From: Camelus dromedarius
Lineage: Eukaryota
Length of the DNA: 64,000 nucleotides
Assembly: GCF_036321535.1 (NCBI RefSeq)
Contig: NC_087437.1
Coordinates: 44,456,001-44,520,000 of the forward strand
Direction: 5' to 3'
This document shows, piece by piece, positions 25,001 through 37,891 of this stretch (positions are counted from its first letter, which is position 1; each line of letters begins with the position of its first letter). The notes beneath the pieces were generated by a model, which was given only the letters and a program-made list of their open reading frames with translations, was not told the DNA's origin and made no database searches. A program made the position numbers and the translations under genes.

Positions 25001-27856
25001 TTATTTTGAATAGTGAAGCACTGCATGGCAGGATGCGATGATGGTAGAGACAGGCTCATGTTCAAGCTCTTCTGATTGATGTTTAAGTGACCTTAGACTA
25101 TCACCTAAACCCTCTGAAGTCTCTGAGTTTTTTTTTTCCTTGAAAAAAATCTCTATAATGGTGATAAAAGTAATCTCAGCTCACAAGGTTGTGTGAGCAT
25201 TAAATCTTAAAATGCATGCATAATTTCTAAGAAATATTATTTATTATTAGTATGCCCTTAAAATTTGAATAAAATTCTAAAGAGACAGCATATGAATTTA
25301 ATAATGGGGAAATGTCAGTTCTCTCAAACTTGCAAAACTGAACTGAATATCATAATATACTCATTAGATAAATCAATTACAGAAATATGGTCTCTGAAGA
25401 TTGTACTTTTGCATTATTTAACAATAAGGATTATGCTGATGCCAGGTAGCATAATTTGAAGCTCAATTAAAGAAAAAAATTAAAATTGCCTCTAATTTTT
25501 TTGTGTGGATAGAGTTCTGAATGCTAAAAATAAATATGACTTGACTGTTAAGGATGAATATAAACAGTGACCTCAGGATTAGAGATGCTTTTAATTTTCA
25601 CATTCTTCAGTGTTTATTTTCATGCACAGACATTTTGTGAGGTGATGGAATTGTATAGTATTAAGAGAATAATATTTTATGACTAAAACTGTATTACATT
25701 TATAGGGTAGTTGTATAAACATCTAATGCAAATTTTAAATTTATTTTGATATTTGAGGTGTTGTGTATGGTTCCAAGAACATCACGAAATTGCCTACATC
25801 ATAAGGCTGTTGTAGACATTAATTGAAATAATACATGTAAGTGCTCAACACAGTGCCTGGAACATACTAAGCCCTCATTAAAAGAAGGGTAATATTTTTT
25901 AATCACATCAAAATGTTTTATCAAGTACTACATTGTCTGCTTGAATTCCGTTTTCTTAATGGTCAGCAATCTATGTAGTCAAAACCGAAGTTTGTGTCAT
26001 TTGCTAAATGGTATAATCCCAGCCTTGTTTGTTGAAGTAAAGGCTCAGTACTTCAGTAAAGGGTTTAGATTATTTCAGGAATGGTTATGATGTTGAAACT
26101 TCAGTTCAAGATATTCTTACATATTTGAAGTCAGAACATCTTAAAACTGACTTGGAAGTTTTGCATAGTTCCTTTCACTTCTGCATTGATATTTTGTAGA
26201 GGTCATGGGTGTTAACCATTTTTTAAATTAAAAAATGAATAAATCCTTAGCTCTGTACTAACCAAGTTTTAGAAGAACCCACTTGCTGTGTAGGGATTCA
26301 TCACTATATGGCACTAAGTTCTTTCTTTTTTGCTGTTTTTTTTTTCCCTCATTCATTATCGCTGGTAAAAATAGATTAATTATTACCTTCCTCAGGGACA
26401 CATCGGTAAGGAGTCCTAGGCAGCAACTTGAGTTTTACTAATTTATCGTTGCTAAAAAATATGCGAAGATGCAGTTAAATTACTTCTGGAAAGAGGCATC
26501 ATTGAAAAAAATTAATATTTTTTTCAGGAGGAAAGCACCTCTAAAATACAGCTGCACAATGTATTGTATCTACTTTTGAATCCAATAGGCTTCCCATTTT
26601 TATAACAAATTAACCTTTAATAAGCTATAAAACCTTAATGTAGCTACACAAGCTTAAAATATTTTCACTTGAACTCTGAAAGCATATACACTCAATAAAA
26701 TATTATTTTAATAAGTAATTATTAACATACATTAATTTATTATTCTCATAAATATTCATGAAATTGCTTTTTAACTGAAAAAATATTTTTACTGTGTTTA
26801 AGCAAAAGTTATTGGAAAGGTTTTATAGCCCCATATATGTTATAGTTAGGAATAAAGCTTTAGTGGTTTTAATACTGCAGTTTGAAAAACCTTTCTACTA
26901 CAGGTTTTAAAAAAGTTACTTTTTTTTTTACTAGATTTACATTTCCAAATTTCTTAATCTTTTCATCAATTTTGTATGTGTCTTGTGTTGCATTTTAGAT
27001 TATACCTAGTAATCTCATTTAGCATAATACATTTATTTTGAGTTTTCTTAAATTAATAAGTTATTTGAATATTATAGTCAAGAAATATCTAAATTTTAAA
27101 ACTCTGTCAACACTAAGAATTTCAATCATCATTGGAATAATTCCATGCTTTAAGTCAATTTTGTATTGGAAAATTTAGAAAAATTAAAGCATCTCTGTAA
27201 TCCCAGAAATACCTATAGTATAACAGACTTAAGTTTGGACTCATATTCACAATCAAAGAAGAACTATAAGCATATTCTTCAAAGAAAATTATGTTTGTTT
27301 CAATTTTCAATTATAAGTTTCTTTTTGTTTTGATATAAAGCTATTAAGTTGTTAACATTACTATCCCTGTCTATTAGTAAAGGCCATGTTTGTTTTTCGT
27401 AAGTGCTTAAAATTTTGTAAATGAATATCAAACTTCTTTTATAATTCACACACACACTTTTCAAGCAGTTTTAGGATACATTTCATCATATATAAGATGA
27501 GTTACTGATTGAAATGCAAGAGGAACCCTTACGGTCTAACATGCCATGCTTACTTGACACTGTTCCAATACCCAAATTAATAACTGTTCTAATTTCCTTG
27601 CTTTTAAATAATAGCATATCTGCCATTAAATAATAGTACAACTGGTGATGGCATTATGGATATTAAACCCTCTGTGATATGATCTAATTTATGTCTACAT
27701 AGATATAATTTATATTATAATCTAATTTAATTTTAGTTTTGTTAAGAAAAGGACAGTTTTAACACTTTGCTTTGCCTTATATTTGGATGATACCAAACTC
27801 TGAGTTTTATACACTTTACAAGGCCAAGGATTCTTTAAGACTAAAACAGTTTTAAA

Positions 27857-27888
<32 letters not shown>

Positions 27889-29849
27889 CAGATTAAAATG
27901 GAATTAGTTTTTCTCCCAAGTTACTCTTATATTACAGATAGGCAAACATTGTTGTACCCATTTGAAATCCTTCCTTACTGAGATGTTTTATGCAACTTCC
28001 ATACCAGGTTACCTAAACCTTTCACATGTACGTGAGGTACCTGGATTAAAAGTTTGTTTTTAATTTAGAGTAGTAAACGAAATGAAGCAAATTAGCACAC
28101 ATTGGCTTCCTGTGGTATTATGTGTGCTGACATATTCTGTCTGTTATAATATTTGTAGTTACTGCTTTCAACATGATTACATGTACACCAGCCTATTTCA
28201 AAGTAAACCAAAAATGAGGGTAACCACAGGATATGATTCTGATGGGATCAAAAATTTATTGATTATATTGTTAATCAGGTAATTTAATGTCTAGAAATTA
28301 TCTGCAGTATTCTCAGGTTCTTTATCATCTGTCATTCTTAGGCAGCAAAGCTAAATGAAAGACTGTTTAATGCTCAGTCACAATTAAAGAGATCTGGAGA
28401 AAATAGAGTCACCTTTGTAGGAAACAGTAGAGTGAAAAAAAGGCCATAGACGGTGTACTGAATGTGATGATTTGCAAAACACATATAAAATTATTTTTCT
28501 TTGGTTTTTAAAAAATTCCTGATATGACTTACTATGAATGTGGATTTTTTTTGGGTGAGGGGGCGGGCTTGACTTAATCATTTTGTGCTTTAAATTGATT
28601 ATAAAAAAAAGGTAGATAAAATCTGTTTTAAACATAAGGTAGCATAGAGAACAGGCAACTGATAAGCCAAGAAAGGCTTGTGTTTTATAATTAATTTGAC
28701 TGTTTAAAATTTTGATCGAATAGAAAGCGGCTTTTTGCCCTGAAGCTGGGAAACGCGTGCATGCGGATGGCACTTGACGAATAGGCAGAGTAAGAGACCA
28801 TTTTCATGTGATTTGGGAGGCTGGGGAGGCCTGTCTGGCTTAAATTATTTCTGTTAATGCTGGAAATTAGATGTTACTCCTTCATACATTTATGGGAAAT
28901 TGTTAAGATGTCACTATGAAGAAAATAATTGATAAGGATTTTACTCAAAGGTAATTGACATCAGGACAATACCGGTTCAGTAGCCTTAGGGTAGGGAAAA
29001 CATTAGGGACACTTTACTTGGGTGATGGATTAGGAGTAGAAGAGATGGCTAAAGACGAATTTGAATGTGTCACAGTTCTGACTTGGGTAGCTTTTGTGGA
29101 TATTTTTGCATCAGCTGTTTATTTGCACTTACAGTAAATTTCCTACCTCACATTCCCTGACTAAATTATAGAATGTGATCAGTTATGTGGGCTTAGAATC
29201 CCAGCTCTGCTACTTAATCACTAGGAGGCAGTCTTCAAACCTTGTTTTTTCCCTTGTAAAAACAGTGTAATGATAGTCACCTAGTTTTCAGTAAGTGCTC
29301 GATAAATCTTCATTATTATTGTGTTGTAACCAGGTAAAGAAACAGTTCTTATTGTCACTGGAGGATTTTTAAAAACATAGTTACCAAATAGCATCTGTGT
29401 AACAATACTCTTTCAGATACACTGTCTCATATAAACACTCATAATCCTCACAAAATCCTGATGAAGTCAGTGTTGTCACTGCTCGATAGTGAGTAACTGA
29501 GTCTGAGAGTCTAAGTGTCTTCGTGTCACGCATGTACTACACAGGAGGGCTAGGGCTGTCCTTCCAAACCCACTGCCTTTTGGGATCCCCAGAGCTCATT
29601 AATTTATCTGTGTTTATGAAGGAACCCATGAGATACTTTTCTTAGACCTAGCACCACTATGGCTTTTATCATGGTTCTTCACGACTAAACAGAGTTTTCG
29701 GATTACTTACAGTTGTTCAGAATGAGAAAGATACATACCAAAAAATAAAGCAAATATGGAAAAAATAACAGCTGAAGAGGTCAGGTGATTAGTATGTGAA
29801 TGTTAATCATACTGTTTTCATTTCAGTTGAAATCTTACAAGTGAAAACT

Positions 29850-30031
29850 TTCGGCCGTTTTCCCTCTCTTGGGTTGGCCTGCTCCCAGTTCTCAGGAGGG
29901 CACTACCTTTTACTACCTTTTTACTTTACTAATAAAACCTTGTTTAATCACGCTTTCTGTCTTTCACTAAAAATTCATTTTTTTCGGGTCACTAAGAACC
30001 GAGGTAGCTGATTTTCCTCCTCTCGGCAACA
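29850..30031 (+). mobile_element. 3' portion (R/U5) of an ERV1-like LTR
   Basis: AATAAA at 29931, then aaattc...aagaacc...gcaaca. This is the same motif order as the 3' end of the solo LTR at 21334-21960 read on its own strand. No 5' TG end is recognisable. Confidence 0.65.
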
Positions 30032-30630
30032 GAAGGATACTGAGTCGGGTCTTTCCCCGTCTCCACCACGGGGAAGACTAGAAGCAGCTGCGTTGGCAAG
30101 TCCCCTTCCCGCACTTCAGACTCTGATGAAACCTGAGCCCTTTAGGGTTTGATTAAATAGTTCCCCCTGAGGGCAGGCCTTGTTAAGAAAAACAGAACGC
30201 TCTGGCATCTTTCAAAATGGTTCTCTCCCTCCCCTGCCAGAGGCACACGAGAGTTTTTCTCCAGTAATCACTCGGAGAACCAGGTGGAGCTCATGCAAGT
30301 GTGGGCTGGTCGATGATGGTTGGGCCCCTGGAGTTTATACCTCACAGCCTTGGCCTGCCCGAGCTTCCGCCAACGCCAGATCCGGCTTCTCTGCCCAGGG
30401 GCTGTTTCTCAGGGTGGTTTCTGCTCTGGTAAGTTGTACTTCTTTTGTGTATTTGCCTGCTAGTCTCTCCAGTTTTGTGGGTAGCAGTTTGCCCTATGAC
30501 TTTACTTCTCTTGTGAATCTAAGAAGAGTTGATTTTTTTTTTTTTTTTTTTTTTTTGGTTTGTGCGGCTTTTTTGCTTGTTGCTCAGAGAGTGGCCACTT
30601 CCAAGCTTCTTACATGCTGTATGGAAAACC
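30032..30630 (-). mobile_element. Old L1M-type 5' end (5' UTR), antisense
   Basis: gcagtttgccctatgactttacttctcttgtgaatctaagaagagttgattt...ccacttccaagcttcttacatgctg matches the reverse complement of the recalled L1M (L1MB/MC/MD-type) 5' terminus. The segment is GC- and CpG-richer than its flanks. Confidence 0.7.
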
Positions 30631-31704
30631 TTGTTTCTTTTTCAGTAGTTATAACAGATAACTGTTAGCTAGTAATATTTAACAATACTAAAACCCTAGA
30701 TGCACAAGCAAGTGGAATTCCTCAGATTTCTTGTATAATGTGAAATTTAGCATTATAGATTGTGAATTTGAAAAGGTGCCTTCAGGTTTGATTCAAACCG
30801 GTATCCCTGCAGAAATCATCCCTAGTAAAGCATTTCCCCCAGATCTGTGTGACATAGTTTGAAACTTGGGTGAACTACATTTTTATTTCCTTGTGTTCTG
30901 AGGTTATGGTAGTGACAAACAGATACTTAAATTACTTCCCCAAACCTGTAGGATACAGACAGTCATGAAGTAAAAAAAACCTGTACACTTTGTGAGCAAA
31001 ACGATCTCCTGTTTATTTAGTATGAGCAAGATATTTAATCACTCTAAAATTTGGTTTCTCCACTTTCAAGATGGTGTTAGCTAAATTACAGTATTTTTCT
31101 GAGGGTTAAATTATTTTTGATTTAGAAAGTACCTAGCACTTAATACATTCTGTTTTATTTTCCTTTCTTATCTTACATTGATATAATGCTTCCACAAATT
31201 TCCTGACTATCAAAAATACTGATATGGTTATTAAAACTTAGCTTTGTGGGTCCTGAGTTTCTATATTAGAATCTGCAGTAAATCTGCAGAGACTCGGCAT
31301 ACAGGTGTTCCTTATAGAAATCATGAAGCTATACATCGTATTAGGTCTCAGCTGAGCACAATCTGACCTCTGCAATAGGAGGAGGTAGAATATGTTAGCA
31401 GTGAAGAAACTCGTGCAAACCTAGATTTGGTGAAAGATTAGTGACTCATTTGGTTTTTTCATATGTTGGTTATCATAGAGTGCTCCTATAGTTAGTCTCC
31501 TTAATGGAATTCATATAAAGAACATTTCTGTGTAAAAGTTTAGGGCCATCTGATTATTTTCTGGGATAAAATAGAAGTGTAACCCCTGAAGTGTCTTCTA
31601 TGGAAAGTATTGCTCATCTTTATCCTTCTTATTTCATAATATGAATCAGTGATTGATAGTTACTCAAGTAATAGGTCATGTACTTTTGTGATGTAGAGAG
31701 TATA

Positions 31705-32840
31705 GATTGTTTAAATCTTCTGCCCAGTTTTGGATTGGTTTTTGTTGTTGTTGTTGTTAAGCTGTATGAACTGTTACATATATTCCGGAAATTAAGCCCT
31801 TGTCAGTCATACCATTTGCAAATATTTCCCCCCATTCCATAGGTTGTCATTTTGTTTTACTTATGGTTTCCTTTGCTGGGTAAAAGCTTATAAGTTTAAT
31901 TAGGTCCTATTTGTTGTTACTGCCTGGGTAGGGTGCCAATAGGCACGTGAAAAAATGCTGAATATTGCCAATTATCAGAGAAATGCAAATCAAAACTACA
32001 GTGAGGTATCACATTACACCAGTCAGAATGGCCATCATTTAAAAGCCCACAAAAGATAAATACTGGGCAGGGTGTGGAGAAAAGGGAACCCTCCTACATT
32101 GTTGGTGGGGATGTAGTTTGGTGCAGCCATTATGGAAAACAGTATGGAGATTCCTCAAAAAAACAAAAAACAGACTTACCGTATGATCCAACAATCCCAC
32201 TTCTGGGTATATATCTGGAGGGAACTCTAATTCAAAAAGACACATGCACCCCAATGTTCATAGCAGCACTATTTATAATAGCCAAGACATAGAAACAGCC
32301 TAAATGTCCATAGACAGATGACTGGATAAAGAAGTTGTGGTATATTTATATAAAAGAATACTACTCAGCCATTAAAAAGAATAAAATGATGTCATTTGCA
32401 GCAACATGGATGGACCTGGAGGTTGTCATTCTAAGTGAAGTAAGCCAGAAAGAAAGAAAGATACCATATGACATCACTCATATGTAGAAACTAAAAACAA
32501 CAACAACAACAACAACAAAAACCCCACAAATGAATGTATTTAGGAAACAGAAACAGATTCACAGGCATAGAAAATAAACTTTTGGTTACCAGGAGGAAAG
32601 AGGGTGGGAAGGAATAAATTGGGAGTTTGAGATTCACAGATACTAATTACTATATGTAAAATAGATAGACAGCAGATTTTTTCTGTATAGCATGGGAAAC
32701 TATATTCAATATCTTGTAGTAACCTAAAATGAAAATGGATATATGTATATATATATGTATGACTGAAACATGTTGTACACTAGAAATTAATACATTGAAC
32801 TGACTATACTTCACTAAAAATAAATAAATAAAATTAAAAA
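31705..32840 (+). mobile_element. L1 insertion with a 5' inversion (31705-31937 inverted, 31935-32840 sense with A-rich tail)
   Basis: The left part aligns in the same orientation with 4963-5210 of the minus-strand L1. The right part is sense L1 (ORF 32074: [11 protein letters not shown]...[13 protein letters not shown]...[15 protein letters not shown]) ending ctgactatacttcactaaaaataaataaa. Confidence 0.92.
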
Positions 32841-35800
32841 TTTTTTTAAATTTTAAATTAAAATTTTTTTAAAACTTTTAATTAAGGAAACATAATTTTT
32901 CAAAATAAAAAAGTTGGGAGAGGAGTGTGATAAGAGTGGACTAAACCAGGATTCTCCACAGGTCCCTGTAAATGCCTCTGTTTAAGCATTAATTTAATGT
33001 GTTCTCCCTCCATGTGAACTGATTGGGTATAAGATATGCTTTCCATTTGGACAGGGTTTCCCGTTTATGTGGAGAGTCTTTCAGTCGGCTTCTGTCCGTA
33101 ATCAAAACAGCGGATTCAGATTTACCGATTTAGCTGCCCAGAATCTGGTTTAAGGGTTAAAAGAATGTCACTTGATATTCTCCCCACAAAGTATGGTAAA
33201 AAGTCAACTGGTGGCTTGAATATAGTCATTATAGTTTAATTACTCTTCATCTACATTGACTGAATTTTAATATTTGTATCAGATTACTGACAGCCAGGAA
33301 GACATAGCCTTAAGCACCTAACAAGAGAAGGCTGAACGTGAATTGGTGTTGAATTTGTTCCAGACCAGAGTGCCTGGTCTGAGTGAAATCATGGGGCGCT
33401 TACATATCTGAGCTCGTCTATTATTAGAGAAGAGTTCGCATTAACTTCTTCAGGAAAATGTAGCCATTAAATCTTACCTTGAATGAGAGGAATGTGTAAC
33501 TTGAAAATATTTATGAATATTTCATAAGAAACATCTTAGGGTGCATGCTTGGATGTGATAGCTTAGCAAAGGCTGACGGATATGCGGGATATTGTAATGG
33601 CTTGATGGATGCATATGGAATGTTTAATGGGGAAATGAGAAGTACCTGCTGGGCTACTGTGAACGTCTTCCAGTATTGGAGTGATTTTTGTTGGCTGTTC
33701 ACAAAACCTTCACACAACAAAAGGAATAGTTTCAAATTATTAGTTGAGAATACCGGTTTGGTGCACTAACTAGGCCTGTAAGTTGGAGGCAGGATTCGTG
33801 ATTTATTCATTGTTTCTTTTTGTTAAAATACATTTAAAAAATACATACCTGAGCAAAGTAGATCTTAATGGTAGGCACACTTCTTTTCAGATGGGGAGTT
33901 TGAATAATTATATTCGCTTACTGTTTAGATATCTCAGAATGCCGGAGAAATTTCAATTACCGGGAAATATGAATACTCTGCCCCACGAGCAGCTGACAAA
34001 GACCAGGAAATATCAGGACAATATTATTAAAAATAAACAAAAACTTACTGGGTTCATCTTAGCAAGAAAAAGATATGCAAAAGTGGAAAAAGGATCTGTC
34101 CCAAGCATTGTTAGATAGTACAATCTCTAGATATGTTAGATTTGCTTCATTTAAAAATGCATAGAATAGTGTTCTTAATATATATACACATATATATATT
34201 TAATATTAATATATATGTTTAGTCTTTATACATATTTAATCTTGAGAAATATATACATTAATCTTTGATAATTCACTACAAGTTATGGAGTTACAGTGTA
34301 TGTGGTTTAGTATCTCCTCGTAGGAGACAGAAGGCTAAATTGTTTGAAATGTGCTACTTATGCTTTAGGTTATTATTCCAGTTTCAAGGAATTTTTGTGA
34401 CAGTGCCAAGATTAATTAGTTTATTGGATCTGATTACCGTAGACCCTGATTTCTGTTAATAGCCATGTTTATCATCTTAATGTCAAATTTGCTTCTAGCA
34501 ATTTACTTGATCACATAAATGTATGATGCATTGAACTTGCTGCATTTGACATCAGATAAATATTGAGGGCTGAGAGGCTTCCTTCTGCTATAATATGTCA
34601 TCCTTGGTACTGCCTTCTCTATCCCACAAAACCATTTATTATTTTTTTTTAATGGAGAAGATACATCTAGGAATACTTGAAAATCATATAATATGTATCC
34701 CATTTCTCATATAAAATGGGATAATTCCATCTGTAATTCTAGGTCCATAGAAACCAAATTTTATAAATTGTTTAATCAGTTCTCTTGGGCTATTTATCTG
34801 ATTTAAGGTAAGGCACTGATATCTTAGTTTTAAATATAACCTTTTCTAATGGAGGAAAGAACTATGGTAGAAGTGTGAGAAAAGTAAACATAATCTTGAC
34901 AATATAGCAATAACATGTAAGGATAATAACATGTAGGTAAATTACAGATCAGGATAAGAAAAGGAGCAATATTTGATATTTTATATTTCATTGATATAGA
35001 ATATCCATTTTTCATAGGTCTTCTCCAAATATTTAGCTTATTTGATATGGTTTATGCACGTTAATATTAGAGTCCCATAATGATTTTAATATGTTTTTAT
35101 TTTAATTCCAAAACATCAGGCTTCTCATTTTCATCTAGGTTCATAAATATATATGAAAATGAATGCTTATTTTGATTGCAACCTAAGTGATAGAGTGCTG
35201 TAGTTATTTATGTGTGTGTTTATGTTCTTATCATACAATTTATGTTCACACATATGTCTATAGACATGAAAAATTCACTAAAGTTTAATTTGGTGGCATA
35301 TTTGCAAGTAGCCAAAATAATTTATCTTTCTACAAGTATTTTGTTTTAACATACTCTATTATAATGCAAGTTTTTTTATTCCAAATCAATGCCAAGGGTT
35401 TTCAGTTGCTACACTAAGTTATCTTCCATATTAGAATCTTGTATATTTTGTTCACTTAGGAAGGATTATCACTGAAGATTATCTATGATAAATCCTTAAT
35501 TTAAAGATGATACACAAAAAGGTTAAGAAACTTTCATGGATCAAACAGTTGTTGCATAGATCAAAAGATCATTTATTCTCATTAACCCTAGTATGAAAGT
35601 ATTTCATAATGAATTCTCTGGTGGGGATTGAGGGTTAAAGAATTGGTATTTCTATCACATTTTGTTTTGGATATATATCTGTGATGGATATAAAGGTAGT
35701 TTTTATTTTTCCTTTATACATTTCTGTTTGAAGTAATTTAAAAGAAGCATGTTACTACTATTATTAATTTTTTCAGCAAACTAAAAGAAGTATCAAATAA

Positions 35801-35949
35801 TAGGCTTTTAAAAATTCTTTGGATATTTTAGATAAGCTGGCTGTAAGTTAATACACTTTTAAGTATAAATAGAAATGTTTCACAAAATACTCAAGGTAGT
35901 ATACTATTACAACAAAAGAGAGTAAAAATGTTACATGCATAGTATTTTT

Positions 35950-36161
35950 TTTATTGAAGTATAGTTGATTAACAATGTTCTGTTAGTTTCTGGTGTATAG
36001 CATAGTGATTCAGTTATACATGTATATATTCTTTTTCATTATAGGTTATTATGAACTATTGAATAGTTCTGTGTGCTATACTATAGGACCTCGTTTATCT
36101 ATTGTGTGTGTGTGTGTATATATATATATATAGTTGTGGTATACATATACATATTATTTAT

Positions 36162-36194
<33 letters not shown>

Positions 36195-36740
36195 TACACA
36201 GTAGTTTGTATCTGCTAATCCCAAACTACTAATTTATCCCTCCCACTCCCTTTCCCCTTTGGTAACATTAAGTCTGTTTTCTGTGTCTGTGAGTCTCTTT
36301 CTGTTCCATTTGTGAATCAGTTCATTTGTGTAATTTTACTTAGGTTCCACATATAAGTGATATCATATATTTGTCTTTGACTTACTTCACTTAGTATGAT
36401 AATCTCTAAGTTTATCTGTGCTTCTGCAAATGGCTTTTATTTCATTATTTTTTATGGCTGAGTAGTATTCCATTGTATGTATGTGCATATATATACACAT
36501 ATATATTATATGTGTGTGTATATATATACATATATATTATATATGTGTATATATATACATATATATTATATATGCGTGTATATATATACATATATATTAT
36601 ATATGTGTGTGTGTGTGTATATATTTATTTATATGTATTTATATATAAATAAATAATATGTATATGTATACCACAACTTCTTTATCCAGTCATCTGTTGA
36701 TGGACATTTAGGTTGCTTCCATGTCTTGGCTGTTGTACCC
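35950..36740 (-). mobile_element. 5'-truncated L1 3' end with TA-rich expansions
   Basis: tttattgaagtatagttgattaacaatg through ggacatttaggttgcttccatgtcttggctgttgta. It is flanked by the direct repeat agtattttt (35941-35949 and 36741-36749). Confidence 0.9.
36476..36670. repeat. AT-rich minisatellite with a unit of about 30 bp and a palindromic core
   Basis: About four copies of atatatatacatatatattatatatgtgt. The core acatatata-t-tatatatgt is a perfect inverted repeat. Confidence 0.85.
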
Positions 36741-36874
36741 AGTATTTTGAATTTTACACTTTGAATGCTATTCTACTTAGGAGTTACAGTGTCAAAGTTT
36801 AGAATATTAATGAACTCTGTGACTTTTGTTTTGATATGACACAGTTCCCCTCTCCCATTTAGAATAGCACCACA

Positions 36875-37010
36875 TATATTTGTTTTCATATTCTTGATTC
36901 GTGTATGACTGAAGCATTGTGCTGTATGCTAGAAATTGACAGAACATTGTAAACTGACTACATTTCAATTAAAAAATAAAATAAAATAAATAACAAAAAA
37001 AGTTTAAAAA
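36875..37010 (+). mobile_element. Very short L1 3'-end insertion with a 12-bp target-site duplication and a micro-inversion
   Basis: aatagcaccaca occurs at 36863-36874 and 37011-37022. The body gtatgactgaagcattgtgctgtatgctagaaattgac...ctgactacatttcaatt plus an A-rich tail is homologous to 32757-32820. Confidence 0.88.
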
Positions 37011-37891
37011 AATAGCACCACAAGATTAAATAATGGAGGAGCAAAGTTAGTGCCAGTGGCACAGGTTCTGGAAACAAACATTTCAGGACTTAAATCCTGG
37101 CTCAACCTATTACATCGAGAGAATCATTTTACTCACAAGTTCACCTATTCATTTTAAAATTAATGTAATACTTGCCACAACGTGTTCCCTAAGTGAACTG
37201 AACTGAAGGTGAACTTCAAGATCATACAAGCCCATTTTCTCTTGTGAGGATAGGTAAATAGGACCCATAATTTTCACATAGAGTTGTATTTTGGTACTAT
37301 CAGATGTAATAATTCTTTTCATGCTCTTGAAGATGATTCACAAAAGGGCATTATTTATTTAATTGAGTACTTGTTGAAATGATGAATACTTAGAAGTAAA
37401 CCCTCATGAAATTCTAAGAGTTATAACACAAAACGCCTGCTATCTCTGATCCTCTGCTTTACTTTATTAGCCAAACAGCTCCTCAAAGCTCGTGTACTTT
37501 TTATGGGCTAACACCTTTTGAAATGGTGGCAGTAAAGATAAGGTAACGCTGTTGAAGTGTTTCTGATATTAAAAAGCAGCCAGAGTGCAATAATGGTGAA
37601 AAATCAAATGTGAACATCAAAGGCCACTTTCCAGTTTACCTATGTGTAAATAGGTTTTCTGACTGAAGATGTATAAGAGAAAACTCAGGCAGCTTCTGAG
37701 AATGTCATTCCAAATAGCTTGATGAAGAATATATATTTATATAGAAGAAGTAGTTTACTTTCTCAATGTTTTCATGAGGATCTTAAGATTTTCAAAAATT
37801 AAATGGGGGAGTCTTTTGCTTGTGTATTTCCAGAAACCTAAACTCTAACATAGCTTTTCCATTCATACCCAGGTGTGTGGAGTTCATTTAC

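Noticed and set aside
30180..30668. Longest ORF in the track (162 aa)
   Set aside because: It lies antisense within an old L1 5' UTR, starts at TTG, runs through a poly-T tract and resembles no protein I recognise.
33511..34118. Cluster of short ORFs as a processed pseudogene
   Set aside because: There is no recognisable protein similarity, poly(A) tail or flanking duplication.
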